DNA of 64,000 nt, taken from contig JANHCV010000005.1 of assembly GCA_025594325.1 (NCBI GenBank), positions 248,001 to 312,000 on the forward strand, written 5' to 3'. Shown here piece by piece: positions 11,684-23,078 of the stretch. The notes under the pieces are model-generated. The model was given only the letters and a program-made list of their open reading frames with translations, was not told where the DNA came from and searched no databases. The first letter of the stretch is position 1. Each line of letters starts with the position of its first letter. The translations under genes were made by a program, and so were the position numbers. The DNA comes from Blastocladiella emersonii ATCC 22665. Its lineage: Eukaryota > Fungi > Blastocladiomycota.

Positions 11684-13014
11684 ATGACGGCTTCGGTGCC
11701 CTCCAAGAACCTCGCCACCAGCTCAGCTGCAGTCGCGCAGAACGCGTACCTCGTCTCGGCCGGCCATCCCGCACTTGTCGGTTCTTCGGCTAAGGCTCGG
11801 CCGCTCGCCGACCACATCAGCAACCTCGCCGACTCGGGCGTCCTGGCCACCACTCCCGATCCGCTTGACGGAGCGCATCCAGCATCCAGCGCGACTCGCC
11901 GACCGGGTCCAAGTTCAACCTCAGCAGGAACACAGTCGGTGCGCGTTGTCGTGTTCAAGCGCATGCGACGGCCGCCGCCGCTGCCGCGGTTCGCCACGTG
12001 GCCCAGTTGGCCTCGGATGCCGTTCGCCGGTAACCGCGCCGCCTCGCGACTCGGCCAGCTGCTGAACAAGTGTCGCTGCCACCAGCAGCGATAGGCTGCA
12101 CCGCTGAGCGGTCTCGCGGCGACGCTCTCGAGTTCATGGCGCGCAACAGCGATCCGCTCGGCGTGCCCCGGCGTCTGCGGCGAGCGCTCCACCAAGATTG
12201 ACCAGCTGCTCGACGAGTACAAGCTCGGGTCGGCCCGCTTCTTTGGCGGCGCGTCGGACCAGTACCCGGACCAGTGCATCTGGGAGGACCAGCCGCTTGG
12301 CCGCATGGAGGGGATTATGCCCGCGGTTCCCATCGACTTCCTCGCCCCGCAGCTCGCCAAGTTTCGTGCCGAGCTGGCGATCACGCCCGCGGCCCTTGGG
12401 CAGATTGTCGAGCTGATCCGCGAACACCCAGACGTGTACCAGTACATTGCGCGCCGCGCTTCGACTCAGCCCAAGACAAGCTGCTCCCGCGCGAGGTCCC
12501 CCGCGACATGCCCACCTTCCGCTCCCCGCTCACGCGATCAGCTATAAAGGCGCTGGACGCCAAGCTAACGCCGATGATACGGATTCGCCGTTGTCATTTG
12601 GCGCCGCAGGAGCAGGACAGCGGGGTCTCGTTCCGCACAGAGCAGCAGACGGCCAACCTTTGGGCGTACGTGAGGTACATGGGCCGCGTGCACGACGCAC
12701 ACGCGTAGTTTGGTGACTACGAGGCCGGCATCGCGGCGCGCAATCTCCTGTCGCTGGCGGTGCTGCACCTCACGGGCGTCGACGTGTACGCGGAGTACGA
12801 TAGCAACAAGGAGTGGGAGCGCCAGTTGGCCGTTGTCAACCGCGACGCGTCCGAGGTGCTCTTCTATCTGCATTGTTTGCCTTCAGCCGTATTGGCTTCT
12901 AGTTTCACTCTCTGCTTTCCTGTATATACCTCGTTTTCTCATACCTCGCATCGTCTTGACTCGTTGCGAGTTTCTCACAGTTCCAAGTTTGCTCACGACG
13001 GCGCTTTCTCGTAA
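11684..13014 (+). pseudogene. Degenerate coding sequence of unknown family (right-arm copy)
   Basis: Consecutive frames read IDQLLDEYKLGSARFFGG..EHPDVYQYIARR, then DKLLPREVPRDMPTFRSP..GRVHDAHA-stop-FGDYEAGIAARNLLSLAVLHLTGVDVYAEYD. There is a frameshift near 12460 and a TAG near 12706. Confidence 0.4.
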
Positions 13015-14255
13015 CGCGTTGGCTTCGAGCCACCCGCGCGGATCACTGCTCGTGATCCGAGGAATATCGGCTCCTGAACGCACTAGCGGATCAGTTTGCG
13101 CGAAGAAGCTGAGCCGCAGGACGAGTATAGCAGCTTCCGTCGCGCGCGCGAGTGCCGTCGCGTCGGGCAGTAAGCGGGCCCAAACTGAGGTGATAGCGGC
13201 GGTGCAAAGTTGAACCGGGCGGCCGACGCGGTGCATCGCGACTGGGCAGGGTTGGAGAACGACGAGCAGGTCCCGCAGCCCACCACCCGTCACGCGTCCT
13301 GATTGATGACCGTTCAGCACAGATGCTGACTTGACGCCCGTCTCCACGCACTGAATCGTTCGTTACCGGACATGGCCGCACGCGGGCAGAGTGACGAGCC
13401 GAGCTCACAGTCCAGCTGTCGCCCAACTTGACCGACTGCCGCCGGACTCAAAGAAAGAAAGGCCAGTGCTGCGACTGCATGAGCGTGTCTCCATGCGATA
13501 AGTCGTTGCACAAACTACCCATGAGTCGCTCTGATCCGAGCCTTGTCGAGGCGACGGTGGGAAGAGTGAGCACGCGCCAACGAACGCGAACGCGCGTCGC
13601 GTCTCGCAGCTGGGTCGCGTCGGGTCGGGTGACTTTTGCCTGACGCGCGCGAGACGCGTTTCACGGCGCGTTCGCGGCATCGACTGCTCCCGGCGGGGCG
13701 ATGGCGCTCCTGGCGGAAAACGACGCTCTCACGGACCCCCTGGGCTTCTGGAGTATTGTTACAGCAACTTGGCCTCGTTGTGTGGGCCAGCAACGACTCG
13801 GAGGAGGCACATCAACAAAGTTTGCTCAACTGACGGCCGCCCTCGTCGACCAACATTGAGCCGTCGACGTGACCGGTTTCTCGCTCGCTCGGGGAGTTAT
13901 GTGCCGTGTACCCGTCATCGGTCTGTCCTCTTTCCTCTTTCGCGGCCGGGAGGAAGGAGCGAAGTGATCACAAGTCTGATCGGGCTCCGTTCGCTTGGCC
14001 TGATCAGCGCGCACAAGGTTGCGCTCGCTCGTCCGCAGCCTTGACGACCTGCATCCGCTGTCTTGTCAGCCGATACTCTCTAGTGTGATCAACATGGGGT
14101 GCGCTCGCTCGAGCACTGCGGCATGGCAACCGCCCACGTGCGTCGCCGCCGCTGACGCGACCGTCGTGTGTCGCTCGGCGATCGGTCTGCTCATCCTCTC
14201 TCTCGCTCCAAGCGACATGCCGCAACCCATGTAACAAACGAATGAACCGTCCGCC

Positions 14256-15137
14256 ATGGCAAAGAAGAACGCATCCAACACCGCCGGCACGGGGAACGGC
14301 AAACGCGGGTCCACTACCGCTGCTTCTGTAGCAGCCGCAGCACCACCGCCGTCCGCCGCCGCCATCGCCGCTTACGCGCTGCCCGCAGCCGACCCGGCGC
14401 TGCTCGCGCAGTGCACCGTCGCGTACCACCCTGCGTCCGACCGCCGCCTCGTGCTGGTCGTCGCGCCCGACAAGCCGACGCTCGACGTGCTGCTGCTGCG
14501 CGCGTCCATCTTCTACGAGCACCCGGACCTGCGCACGCAGTATCTTGATGCGACGGCGTTTGCGGCGGCGCAGGCGCAGCGCGGGAAGCCCTTCACCTAC
14601 TACGGGCACAACATGACGCTCGACTCGCTGTGCGCGTTCTTGACGGCGGCGGGCAACGCCGCTGGAACGAGCGGGCGTAGTAGTGGGAGTGGCCTCCTCG
14701 CCGGCGAGACCCACCTGCTCCGCTCCCTGACCAAAATCAAGGCCGTGACCGCGGCCAAGACGGTGACGCGCGGCGCGACCGCGCAGTACCTCGTCGGGTG
14801 GGTGCGCGGCGACACGGCGACGCTGCAACACGAGCTGCACCACGCGTGGTTCTTCTTCAACGCCGCCGGGTACCGCGAGACGTGCGCCGCCGCCCTGGCC
14901 TCGCTCGACACGATGCTGCGGCTGCAGGTCCGCGCGTACCTCGTCGGGTGCGGGTACTGCGAGGCTGTGTGGGTCGACGAGTTCCAGGCCCACCTGTGCT
15001 GCGGCGATGCCATGGTGCTGGGCAAGGGCATGGCCGTCATGGCGCCCGCGCTCCGCCTGATCGAGGAGGCCAAGCGCGACGGCGGCGGCGAGCCCTGGTT
15101 CGAGGATCTCGAGGTGACTGCGAGGGGTGAGTTTTAG
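14256..15137 (+). CDS. Intronless 293-aa HExxH-motif protein (right-arm copy)
   Basis: Same translation as 1693-2574; the only difference seen is the synonymous last codon (TTT vs TTC). Confidence 0.7.
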   Translation: MAKKNASNTAGTGNGKRGSTTAASVAAAAPPPSAAAIAAYALPAADPALLAQCTVAYHPASDRRLVLVVAPDKPTLDVLLLRASIFYEHPDLRTQYLDATAFAAAQAQRGKPFTYYGHNMTLDSLCAFLTAAGNAAGTSGRSSGSGLLAGETHLLRSLTKIKAVTAAKTVTRGATAQYLVGWVRGDTATLQHELHHAWFFFNAAGYRETCAAALASLDTMLRLQVRAYLVGCGYCEAVWVDEFQAHLCCGDAMVLGKGMAVMAPALRLIEEAKRDGGGEPWFEDLEVTARGEF

Positions 15138-15370
15138 TCGCTTTGCACTCCTCAGCCTGCTCATGCGGCTGCATCTACGGTACCAGCTTGACCTTGCGCC
15201 GCAGCCGACGGCCCGTCCTTGCGCGGTTCGGCTTCCGGCCCTTCCGCGACCTGCAGCTTTCGACTCGCACCGCTTTGAGCCGATACCCTCCCGCGGCTCA
15301 AACCATCAATGAATGAGGACAATAAATCGCTATGCTATTGATTGATTAGTCTTCCACGCCCGCCCACTCC

Positions 15371-18300
15371 TCAGCCAATCATCGAGTCCGTCCCCCAGCT
15401 CGCGGTATCGTCGAGCGCCGCGCCCTTGGCGTCGTCGCTGGTCGCGATCGCATCGACGACCATGGCGGCCGCGGCCGCCGGATCGCCGCCGAGCTGCGCC
15501 GCGATGGACTGTAGGATCTCGCGTTCGACGATCACTACAAACCAAACGCATGCGAGTGAGCAAATCGTGTCACGACGAGGTGAGTTAGACGACGACGGCG
15601 TACCATCGTCAACGGGGTTCTCCAGCGTGAGCTTCTGCGCGAGCTCGAGCTTGGCCTGCTGGCGCTGGCAGATGGACTCCTCGACCGTGTCGCGGCACAC
15701 GAGTTTGATTACTTGGACCGGGCTACACACGCGTCACGAAAGTGTTAGCCGATCGCGCCTGCACTCGCATCAGCTCGTCAAAAAGAAACCGTACCGCGTC
15801 TGCCCGAGCCGCCACGCGCGGTCCTCGGCCTGGCTCGTCGACGAGGGCGTGAAGTCCATATCGTGGAAGATGACCACGTTGGCCGCGGTCAGGTTGAGGC
15901 TACAAAGGCGGATGTGCGAGATGAGTGGGATGGCCTAGCCGCAGCAATCAAGCAGCGAGCCGTACCCGAGCCCACCAGCCTTGGTGCTGAGCAGGAACAC
16001 GAGGATCTCGGTGTCGTCCTGGTACTGGTCAATGAGGGACTGGCGCTCGGGGACGGGCGTGGTGCCATCGAGGCGGACGTAATTCTACACGGTGACGAGT
16101 GCGAGCACGCGTCAGTCCCGCGTACAACGACAGCATCAAGGGTAGAAAAACGTACGTGGCCGAGCGTGTGCATGACGGCCTCGAGGATATCGAGGGCCAT
16201 GGTGAACTGCGAGAAGATGAGGCAGCGGTCGCCGCGGGCCTTGCACTCGGCGAGGACGGTGGCGAGCTGCTTGACCTTGGCGCTGCGCATCCACTCGTCG
16301 TTGTGGAGGGCGAACTTGGCGGTGCGCGGGAACCGGCGCAGGATGCAGTGGATCTCAAAGTCGGAGCACACCTGGAGGTCCTCGAAGACGTGTTCCGGGT
16401 TGGCGTCCCAGTACGGCTCCTCCTGCATGAGGGACTTGGCGACGTCGCGCAGCTTGGCGTCGTCGTAGATGCGGCGGAACAGGAGCTCGTGCATGGCGGC
16501 TTTGCGCAGGTCCATGAGGTAGTTTTTGAACTTCTTGGTCTGGATCCCGCTGTTCTCGACGAGCTCGCGGCGCGACGCGGCGAGGAAGTCGGCGTACAGC
16601 TCGCGCTGGTGGCCGTCGAGCGCGCAGTAGTCGATGCGGACCGACTTGGGCGGGAGCTCGCCGAGGACCTGCAGCTTCTTGCGCCGCAGGACGAACGGCA
16701 TCATGGTCTTCTTGACGCGGTCGAGGCGGCTGGCCGAGATGTTCTCGATCGACTTGAGCTTGAGCACGCGGCGCCAGTGCTCCTCGGCCTCGGCGAACAG
16801 GCCGGGCAGGATGAAGGTGAGCAGGGCGATCAGCTCCTGGCAGTTGTTCTGCAGCGGGGTGCCCGTGAGCAGCAGGCGGAACGAGGCCGGGATCGCCATA
16901 AGTTGCTTGTACCGCTGCGACTCGACGTTCTTGACCATGTGGCCCTCGTCGAGGATCATGGCCTCGAACTTCATCTTCTTGAGGAACGACCGGTCCTCCT
17001 TGGCCCCGCACGCCACGTTGTACGTGGTCACGACCACGTTGACGGGCGGGTCGGCGAACCGGATGTCGGCGGCGAGCTGGAGCCGCTCCTTGGCGGACCC
17101 GGCGTACGCCTCGACGGCGATCTGGTCGCCGGGCACCCACCGGGCGAACTCGCGCATCCAGTTCTCGAGTGTCGACGCGGGCGACACGACGAGGAACGGG
17201 CCGCGGTGCCCGAGCGAGTGCATGTGCGCAATGTACGCGATGACCTGGGCCGTCTTGCCGAGGCCCATGTCGTCGGCGAGGATCCCCGAGTGGCCCTGCT
17301 GGTGCAGCAGCGCGAGCCACGACACGCCGTACAGCTGGTATCCCTTGAGCTGCAGGTCCGGGCTGATGAGCGCGGGCTGCTCGGTGAGGAGGAACTTGGG
17401 CGCGTTCGCGCCCGCGTCCGCGGCGCCCGTGCCGGTGAGCGTCAGGCCCGTGGAGCTGCCCCACGTCTCGATGATGCCGGCGAGCTCGGTCCCGATGCGG
17501 TCGCACTTGGAGATGACCTTGTCGACGGCGACGAGCGAGCTACTGATGGCGTCAAACGTCTCGAGCAGGCGCGTCGAGACGCCGCGCGTCGCGCTGATCT
17601 TGGCGAACAGGTCGTCGTGGTCGGCGAACGGGCGCAGCGCCGTGATGGCCTTGGCCTGCTCGGGCGAGCACTGCGTGTACTCGACGATGGCGACCTCGGC
17701 CGCCTCGTTGAAGAAGTCGACGGCGTCCTGCTCCGTGTTCCCGTCGCGGTACGTGTCGCGGCCGCCGCCCGCCGCGTCCGAGTCCGAGTCGTCGTCGTCG
17801 GACCCCGACCCGAACACGGCGACCTCCTCGTCCTCGTCGCTGCGGTCGAAGGCGCGCGGTTTCGGTTTCGGTTTCGGCGCGGCCCGCACGCGCTTGAGCC
17901 CGCGGCTCGACTTGGGCAGGGCCGGGAGCGGGGCGGGCGCGGGGGCGGGTGCCGCGCTCGGCTGCGGTCGCGCGACGACGTAGTCATCCTCGTCCTCGTC
18001 GCTGTCGAAGACGACGTTCGGCCGGCGCGCGGGGGCGGGCGCGGGGGCGAGGGCGAGCGGGAGCTTGCGCAGGCGGCGGCGGGTCTGGTCGATATCGTCG
18101 GCGCAGTTGAGCAGGATGCGGGCGATCTCGGTGACGGGGATGGCGGGGAACTCCTTGCGGAGGACGCCGACGGCGGGCGAGTTGGACGAGGCGGCGAGCG
18201 CTGACGCCGAAGGGGGCTCGGCGATGTCGCCGCGGCGCACGAGCCGGCGTTTCTTGTGGACCGGGGTCGGCGACCCCGTCGGGCCCACGGCGGCCGAGCG

Positions 18301-18967
18301 CGTCGGGTCGAGCGGGACCTCGACAGGCATGCGGCGCGTGTCGGGCTGGGCCGTGAGCGGCGCGGCGCTGCCGACGGGGCGGAAGGTCGAGGACAGCTAT
18401 ACGATTGCACAGGAAGGGGGTCAGTCGGTTCGAATTCGACGCGCGGGCTCTCGTCAGCGATCACACCTTTGGATTGCTGCTGGTCTGGGTGGTCTCCGAC
18501 GATGCGGCGGCGGACGCCGCGGCGATGCCGGCGAAGCGCGACGTGGACAGGATGCGGGTGTTGCCCGGGCCCGCGGCGATGACCTGGATCGGGACCGTGA
18601 GCGGCGGCGCGGTCGGGCGGAGCGGGGTCTCGCTGACGACGGCCGACGGCGACGAGAGCGCGCGCCAGATGCTGGGCGAGTCCATGGACCCGCGGCTGTG
18701 GCCCGAGGACGACGAGGGCGTTGCGGTCGGGGCCTTGACGGCCGAGGCCGGTGCGGGTGCGGGTGCGCCAGGGACCACCGCGGGAACCGGCGGGACGGGA
18801 AGGCGCGGCAGGATCGGGTTGGGCGGGGTGGCCGAGGACGTGGGCAGCGGCGGCAGGAAGGGCATGGCGGCGGCCGGGTGCGTGAGGCCGTTGCCGGTGA
18901 AGCCCGTGCCGGTGCTGCTGGACGGCAGCGAGTAGTCGTCGTCCGAGTCGTCGAGATCAAACGGCAT
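15371..18967 (-). CDS. FUN30: SNF2-family chromatin remodeller Fun30/SMARCAD1, multi-exon
   Basis: Motifs [86 protein letters not shown]-like [24 protein letters not shown]-rich first exon (MPFDLDD, ATG 18967) splices in frame; the start could instead be 19165. Confidence 0.88.
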
Positions 18968-19309
18968 GGCGGGCAGGTGCAGCGGGGCGGTGTCTCCGTG
19001 TGCAGGGGCGAGTGCGACGGCGTCTAGCGCGGGCGGCCGGATTGCATGAGCTGCGTGGGGGACGCTGGTTGAGAGGAGGAGGGGGACGAGACGATTGCCG
19101 CGAGCGCTGAAGCGGGCCGCGACAGCCGTGTGAGACGGCCCAGCAACCGTCACGTGCGCGCTCATCGCACCTGAGCGACGCGTCCGCTGCGCCGCGGGCG
19201 AGACGAGTCGAGTGGGCGGGAAACGGAATGTATTGTAATCGAGGGAGGGTACACGCTTGCTGGAGGGGGATAGGATATACGAGAACAACAGGCTCTGTTG
19301 GTCGAGCAA

Positions 19310-20254
19310 CTACTCCTCGCCCGCGGCCGTGAGCGGGGTCGCGTCGGCGCCCGCGGTGAGCGGCTCGAGGGCCTTGGCGGGGGTCTTCTCGGCGGCCTGG
19401 GGCAGCGGCTTGGCGTGCATGGTGCCCTCGCGCACGACGATGACGGGCGCGGGGCAGTGCTGGGTCACGTAGTCGGACACGGACCCGAGCAGGAACCGGG
19501 TGAGTGCGTTGCGGCCGCGCGAGCCCATGACGACGCACGTCACGTCGTTCTCCTTGGCCACGTCGCAGATCACGGACCGCGCCTCGCCCACCTTGACCTC
19601 GACAAACACCTGCACGTCGCGCTCGTCGAGCCGCCGCTCGATCGACTGCGTGACAAACTGCTCGGCCGTCTTGAGCGCGTCCGCCACGATCTCGTCGCGC
19701 ACCTGCGTCGACGCCGCCACCATGTCCTCGTAGAACAGGTCCGCCAGCGTGCCCTCGTCGACCACGTGCAGCAGCATGAGCACGTCGCGGTCTGCGGGTG
19801 TGCGCGCAGGAGTCAGGTCCCGTCAGTCCTCGCGCATCGAAACACGGGGAGAAAACGCACCGCGGACCAGATTGTCGCACGTCCACTGCACGGCCTCGGC
19901 GCTGACGCCGCCGTCGGACGCGTCGACGCACACGAGGATGCGGCGGCGCGCGGCAGCGCCCCCGGCGCCCTCGGCGCCCTCGGCGCGCGACCGCACGAGC
20001 GTCTGGTACTCCTCGGTCGTGTGCACGATCTGCGCGGCCATGATGCGGGTCTTGGGGTTGGTGGACGGGTCGTTGTTCATTACGGTGGTGGTGGTGGGTG
20101 TTGCTGTGGGGGAGCCGGGGAGGGGAGCGAGCGAGCGCGCCGTGAAGAGGCCCTCGCCGTCCTCGTCCGGGAGCGCGGGCGAGCGGCGGCTGCGCGGGAC
20201 CCACTCGGCGACCGCGTGCGGCAGCGGGTGCCGCTCGTCGTGGATGATTGACAT
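19310..20254 (-). CDS. Universal stress protein (UspA) domain protein, 2 exons
   Basis: RRILVCVDAS, LLHVV, VKVGEARSVICDVAKE, VVMGSRGRNALTRFLLGSVSDYVTQHCPAPVIVVR. Confidence 0.9.
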
Positions 20255-20578
20255 GGCTCTGGTTTTGGGGGTGCGTGAGAAGAAGAAGGACGCTCAGCAC
20301 AACGCGAAGCGGTGTTCAGTGATGAGACTGGAGCGGAGCCCAACGAAGCTGGAGCAGGCGTGCCCCTTTTAACGCGGCCGGCCTCCTCGGTCGCGACCAG
20401 CCGGCCGTTGCAGCAACGCGTTTTGACTCAGGATGGGTCATGCAGCGTCATGCCGGCCCCACGCTTGGGTCGCGCTTGCTCCTCAGGGGATTCACGCTCG
20501 CGCTCTCGCGCGCCGCCACACGGCTACGTCACTCAATGAATCTAGTATTATGATCTATCACATCGTCTGAGGGGAGCC

Positions 20579-22843
20579 CTAGTGAGGCTGCTGCTGAGAT
20601 CCTGAGCTGCCGCCGCTGCCGGCGCTGGCGTTGAGCGCGCGCTGCGACCCGAGGACGGGCGACCCGACCGCGGGGCTCGACAGGCCCGCCGACCGCAGCG
20701 GCATGCCCGTGTTGATGGACAGCGCGCTCGCGCCCAACCCACCGAGGCCGAGCGTGCGGAACTCGAGCGCGCCCTTGGCCAGGCTCGTCGCGAGCTCGCG
20801 GAACGTGAGGTGCAGGCGGTCGGCCTCGAGCAGCCACATGCCGCGCAGCTTGCGCGGCGTGTCCGTGAGGATCAGCCCGTTGTGGTCAGCGCCGCCCGCC
20901 TCCTTGCTGAGCGTCGCCTCGCTGCCGGGCTTGACGGCACCCGTCGCCGCCGACGCGATCGGCCGCTCGAAGTCGTGCCGCATCGCGTACTCGGCGAGCC
21001 GCTCCGCCAGGAACTGCATCGTCTGCACCGCCGTCGCGATCGGCCACTGCACCACGCCGCCCGCCACCGCCAATGTCGCGAGTAGCGTGACGAGCGCGCC
21101 GACGTCGAACCCGGTCGGCACCACGCTCCCGTTGGCTGTGGCGCGCGCGACGGCTGTTGCCCCGTACACGTCGTCGGCCGCGACGAACACGGTCGCGAGC
21201 GTCGCATTCGCCAGCCCGCCGAGCCCCGCGGCCCCGCCCGGCCACCCGACCAGGTGCGCCTGCACGCTCCCGCCCGCGCGCGGCGCCAGCAGCCCGCCCG
21301 CGTCGCTGCCGCGCAGCCACACGCCGCCCGCGCCCCACACCGAGGGGCTCGCGAGCGTGATGCCCTTGGCGGCCATGAGGGACTTGACGAGCGCGAGCAC
21401 CGGGTCGACGGCGGCAGTGACGCCCGCCCACTCGAGCGGGTCGGCGAGCGACGTGTGCGACGCGCCCAGTACCGCGTACGTGGCGGCCGGGGGCAGGCCG
21501 ACCCCGACGTTCGCCGCGTCCGAGCCGAGCTTGGCCACGAGGTACAGCCGCCCGGCGCCCGCGGGCGACGCGGCCACCTGGTCGGCCAGCAGCCCGCCGA
21601 GCGTCGCCGTCAGGTTGAGGTCCGTGAACGCGACGTAGTCGGCGTCGACGCGCACCTGGTGGCTCATCCACAGCGTGCCCGCCCACGTGTACACGCGCGT
21701 CCACGCCGGCGCCGTGCTGGGCGCAGACGCGCGCTGCGCCGCGGTCAGGAACGCCGGCCACGACCACGCGAGCGTGGTGCCCGCGTTCGCCGTCCGGACG
21801 GGCTCGACGAGCGTCCCGTCGCGCGTCGCGTTCGTCCCCGCCGTCACGTTGAGCGGGATCAGCGTCGCCACCTTGGACCCGTCGTTGGGCGCAAACACGA
21901 TGCGGTCGAGCGCCGTCCCGTTCGTGCCGCGCGGCCAGTGCGGCGACACGGGGTGCGTCCAGTTACCCTGCGCGGCCCACGCGCGGGTGCCGGGGATCGC
22001 GCGGAACGCGTTCCTTGACGTCCCCGCGGCGAGCGCCGGTGCGGCCCGCACGCCCCACCCGTTCGGGTTCGTCGTGGACTGCAGCGCCTCGGACCCCTTG
22101 CTGAACCCGGCGACGCACCACGCGCGCGGGACGCTCGACACGACTGACGCGAGCCGGCTGACCTGGCGGTCGAGCGTCGCGTTCGCGACGGCCGTGCGAC
22201 CGGCGGCGTCGGGCCCCGCAGCGCTGAACGCACCAAACCGCCACGCCTGCGCCGTGTGCAGCGTGATCTGCTCGGCGTTGCGCACCGCGCGGCGCAGGCA
22301 CGCGATCACTTGCGGCTGCAGCGTCCCCGTAACGTCCGTCCCCGCGGTCACGGCCATGCGCGACTCGGCCGTCTCGACGAGGCCCCACGCGACGGCCGAC
22401 GCGATGAAGGCCGCCAACACGATGTAGCCCGTCAGGAGCACGCGGAGGGACGGCGCCTGGCCCGATCCGGGCGGCGGGGCGGTCGGGTCGGTCGTCGTCG
22501 TCGGGCTGGGAGCCGCGAGCGCGCTCCGGGTCGCCGGCGAGGGCGCGAGCGCCGTGGTGCTGCTGGCGCCCGGGAGCGGGCCCGCGATCGCGGCGGCTTC
22601 GGGCACGAGCGGGGCGAACCGCGACTCGACGATCAACCGCGCGAGGACCTGCTCGGCGCTGGGTTTTGGCGGGCCTGCCGGCTTGCTCGTCGGCGGTGTC
22701 GTCGGGCTGGGTGATGGTGGCCGCGCGGACCGCGACGGGTCCACGACCAGCCGCACGACGCCGTCGTCGACGCCGCCGTTGCTCGTGTCGAGGTCGTCGC
22801 GGATCACGCGCACCGAGTCGAGGCTGATCGAGGATGCATCCAT
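20579..22843 (-). CDS. Two-TM membrane sensor-like protein (extracellular Cache-like region, HAMP-like segment, no output domain)
   Basis: TM VLLTGYIVLAAFIASAVAWGLV. WTRVYTWAGTLWMSHQV resembles the neighbour's Cache-like motif. Second TM is followed by PIATAVQTMQFLAERL..LEADRLHLTFREL. Confidence 0.6.
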   Translation of the reverse strand: MDASSISLDSVRVIRDDLDTSNGGVDDGVVRLVVDPSRSARPPSPSPTTPPTSKPAGPPKPSAEQVLARLIVESRFAPLVPEAAAIAGPLPGASSTTALAPSPATRSALAAPSPTTTTDPTAPPPGSGQAPSLRVLLTGYIVLAAFIASAVAWGLVETAESRMAVTAGTDVTGTLQPQVIACLRRAVRNAEQITLHTAQAWRFGAFSAAGPDAAGRTAVANATLDRQVSRLASVVSSVPRAWCVAGFSKGSEALQSTTNPNGWGVRAAPALAAGTSRNAFRAIPGTRAWAAQGNWTHPVSPHWPRGTNGTALDRIVFAPNDGSKVATLIPLNVTAGTNATRDGTLVEPVRTANAGTTLAWSWPAFLTAAQRASAPSTAPAWTRVYTWAGTLWMSHQVRVDADYVAFTDLNLTATLGGLLADQVAASPAGAGRLYLVAKLGSDAANVGVGLPPAATYAVLGASHTSLADPLEWAGVTAAVDPVLALVKSLMAAKGITLASPSVWGAGGVWLRGSDAGGLLAPRAGGSVQAHLVGWPGGAAGLGGLANATLATVFVAADDVYGATAVARATANGSVVPTGFDVGALVTLLATLAVAGGVVQWPIATAVQTMQFLAERLAEYAMRHDFERPIASAATGAVKPGSEATLSKEAGGADHNGLILTDTPRKLRGMWLLEADRLHLTFRELATSLAKGALEFRTLGLGGLGASALSINTGMPLRSAGLSSPAVGSPVLGSQRALNASAGSGGSSGSQQQPH

Positions 22844-23078
22844 GTTTCAGGGAGTTGGAAGCTTCATGGCGGGTGGAGATGCGAGAGATCGGTTGGCGAA
22901 CGGACGAACGATTGCCTCAGGGCGGGCCGGCGGGTGGTGGCCAGCGAGAGACACGCGCGCGAGACAAACGCGTCGCGTTTCAAGCTGGACGCGTGACCGT
23001 TTGGAGACATTTCGAGCATTTTCACAGGTGTATTGATTGACTCTCGCTGGCTGACAGCAGCAGTAGCGAATGAAGGTA

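Larger units (their letters stand above)
1693..15137. repeat. Giant inverted repeat: arms 1693-8367 and 8463-15137 (6675 bp each), 95-bp unique spacer 8368-8462
   Basis: ORFs across the arms have identical mirror partners with coordinates summing to 16830. Pairing was checked base by base at the inner junction (CTTTGTCTCT / AGAGACAAAG) and at the outer ends, where there is one mismatch (1696/15134). Confidence 0.97.

Noticed and set aside
12690-12770. HA*FGDYEAGIAAR as a Fic motif
   Set aside because: Only superficial similarity; the conserved G/A-N-G/K-R residues are missing.
1681-15150. Palindrome as a TIR or foldback transposon
   Set aside because: No target-site duplication (flanks TATTAGT vs TCGCTTT), no transposase, and the ends coincide with a stop codon.
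16099-18204. Long antisense and alternate-frame ORFs (also 33878-36475, 50539-52368, 27129-28136 and many others)
   Set aside because: Shadow ORFs caused by high GC3 codon bias of the real genes on the opposite strand or frame; no recognisable motifs.
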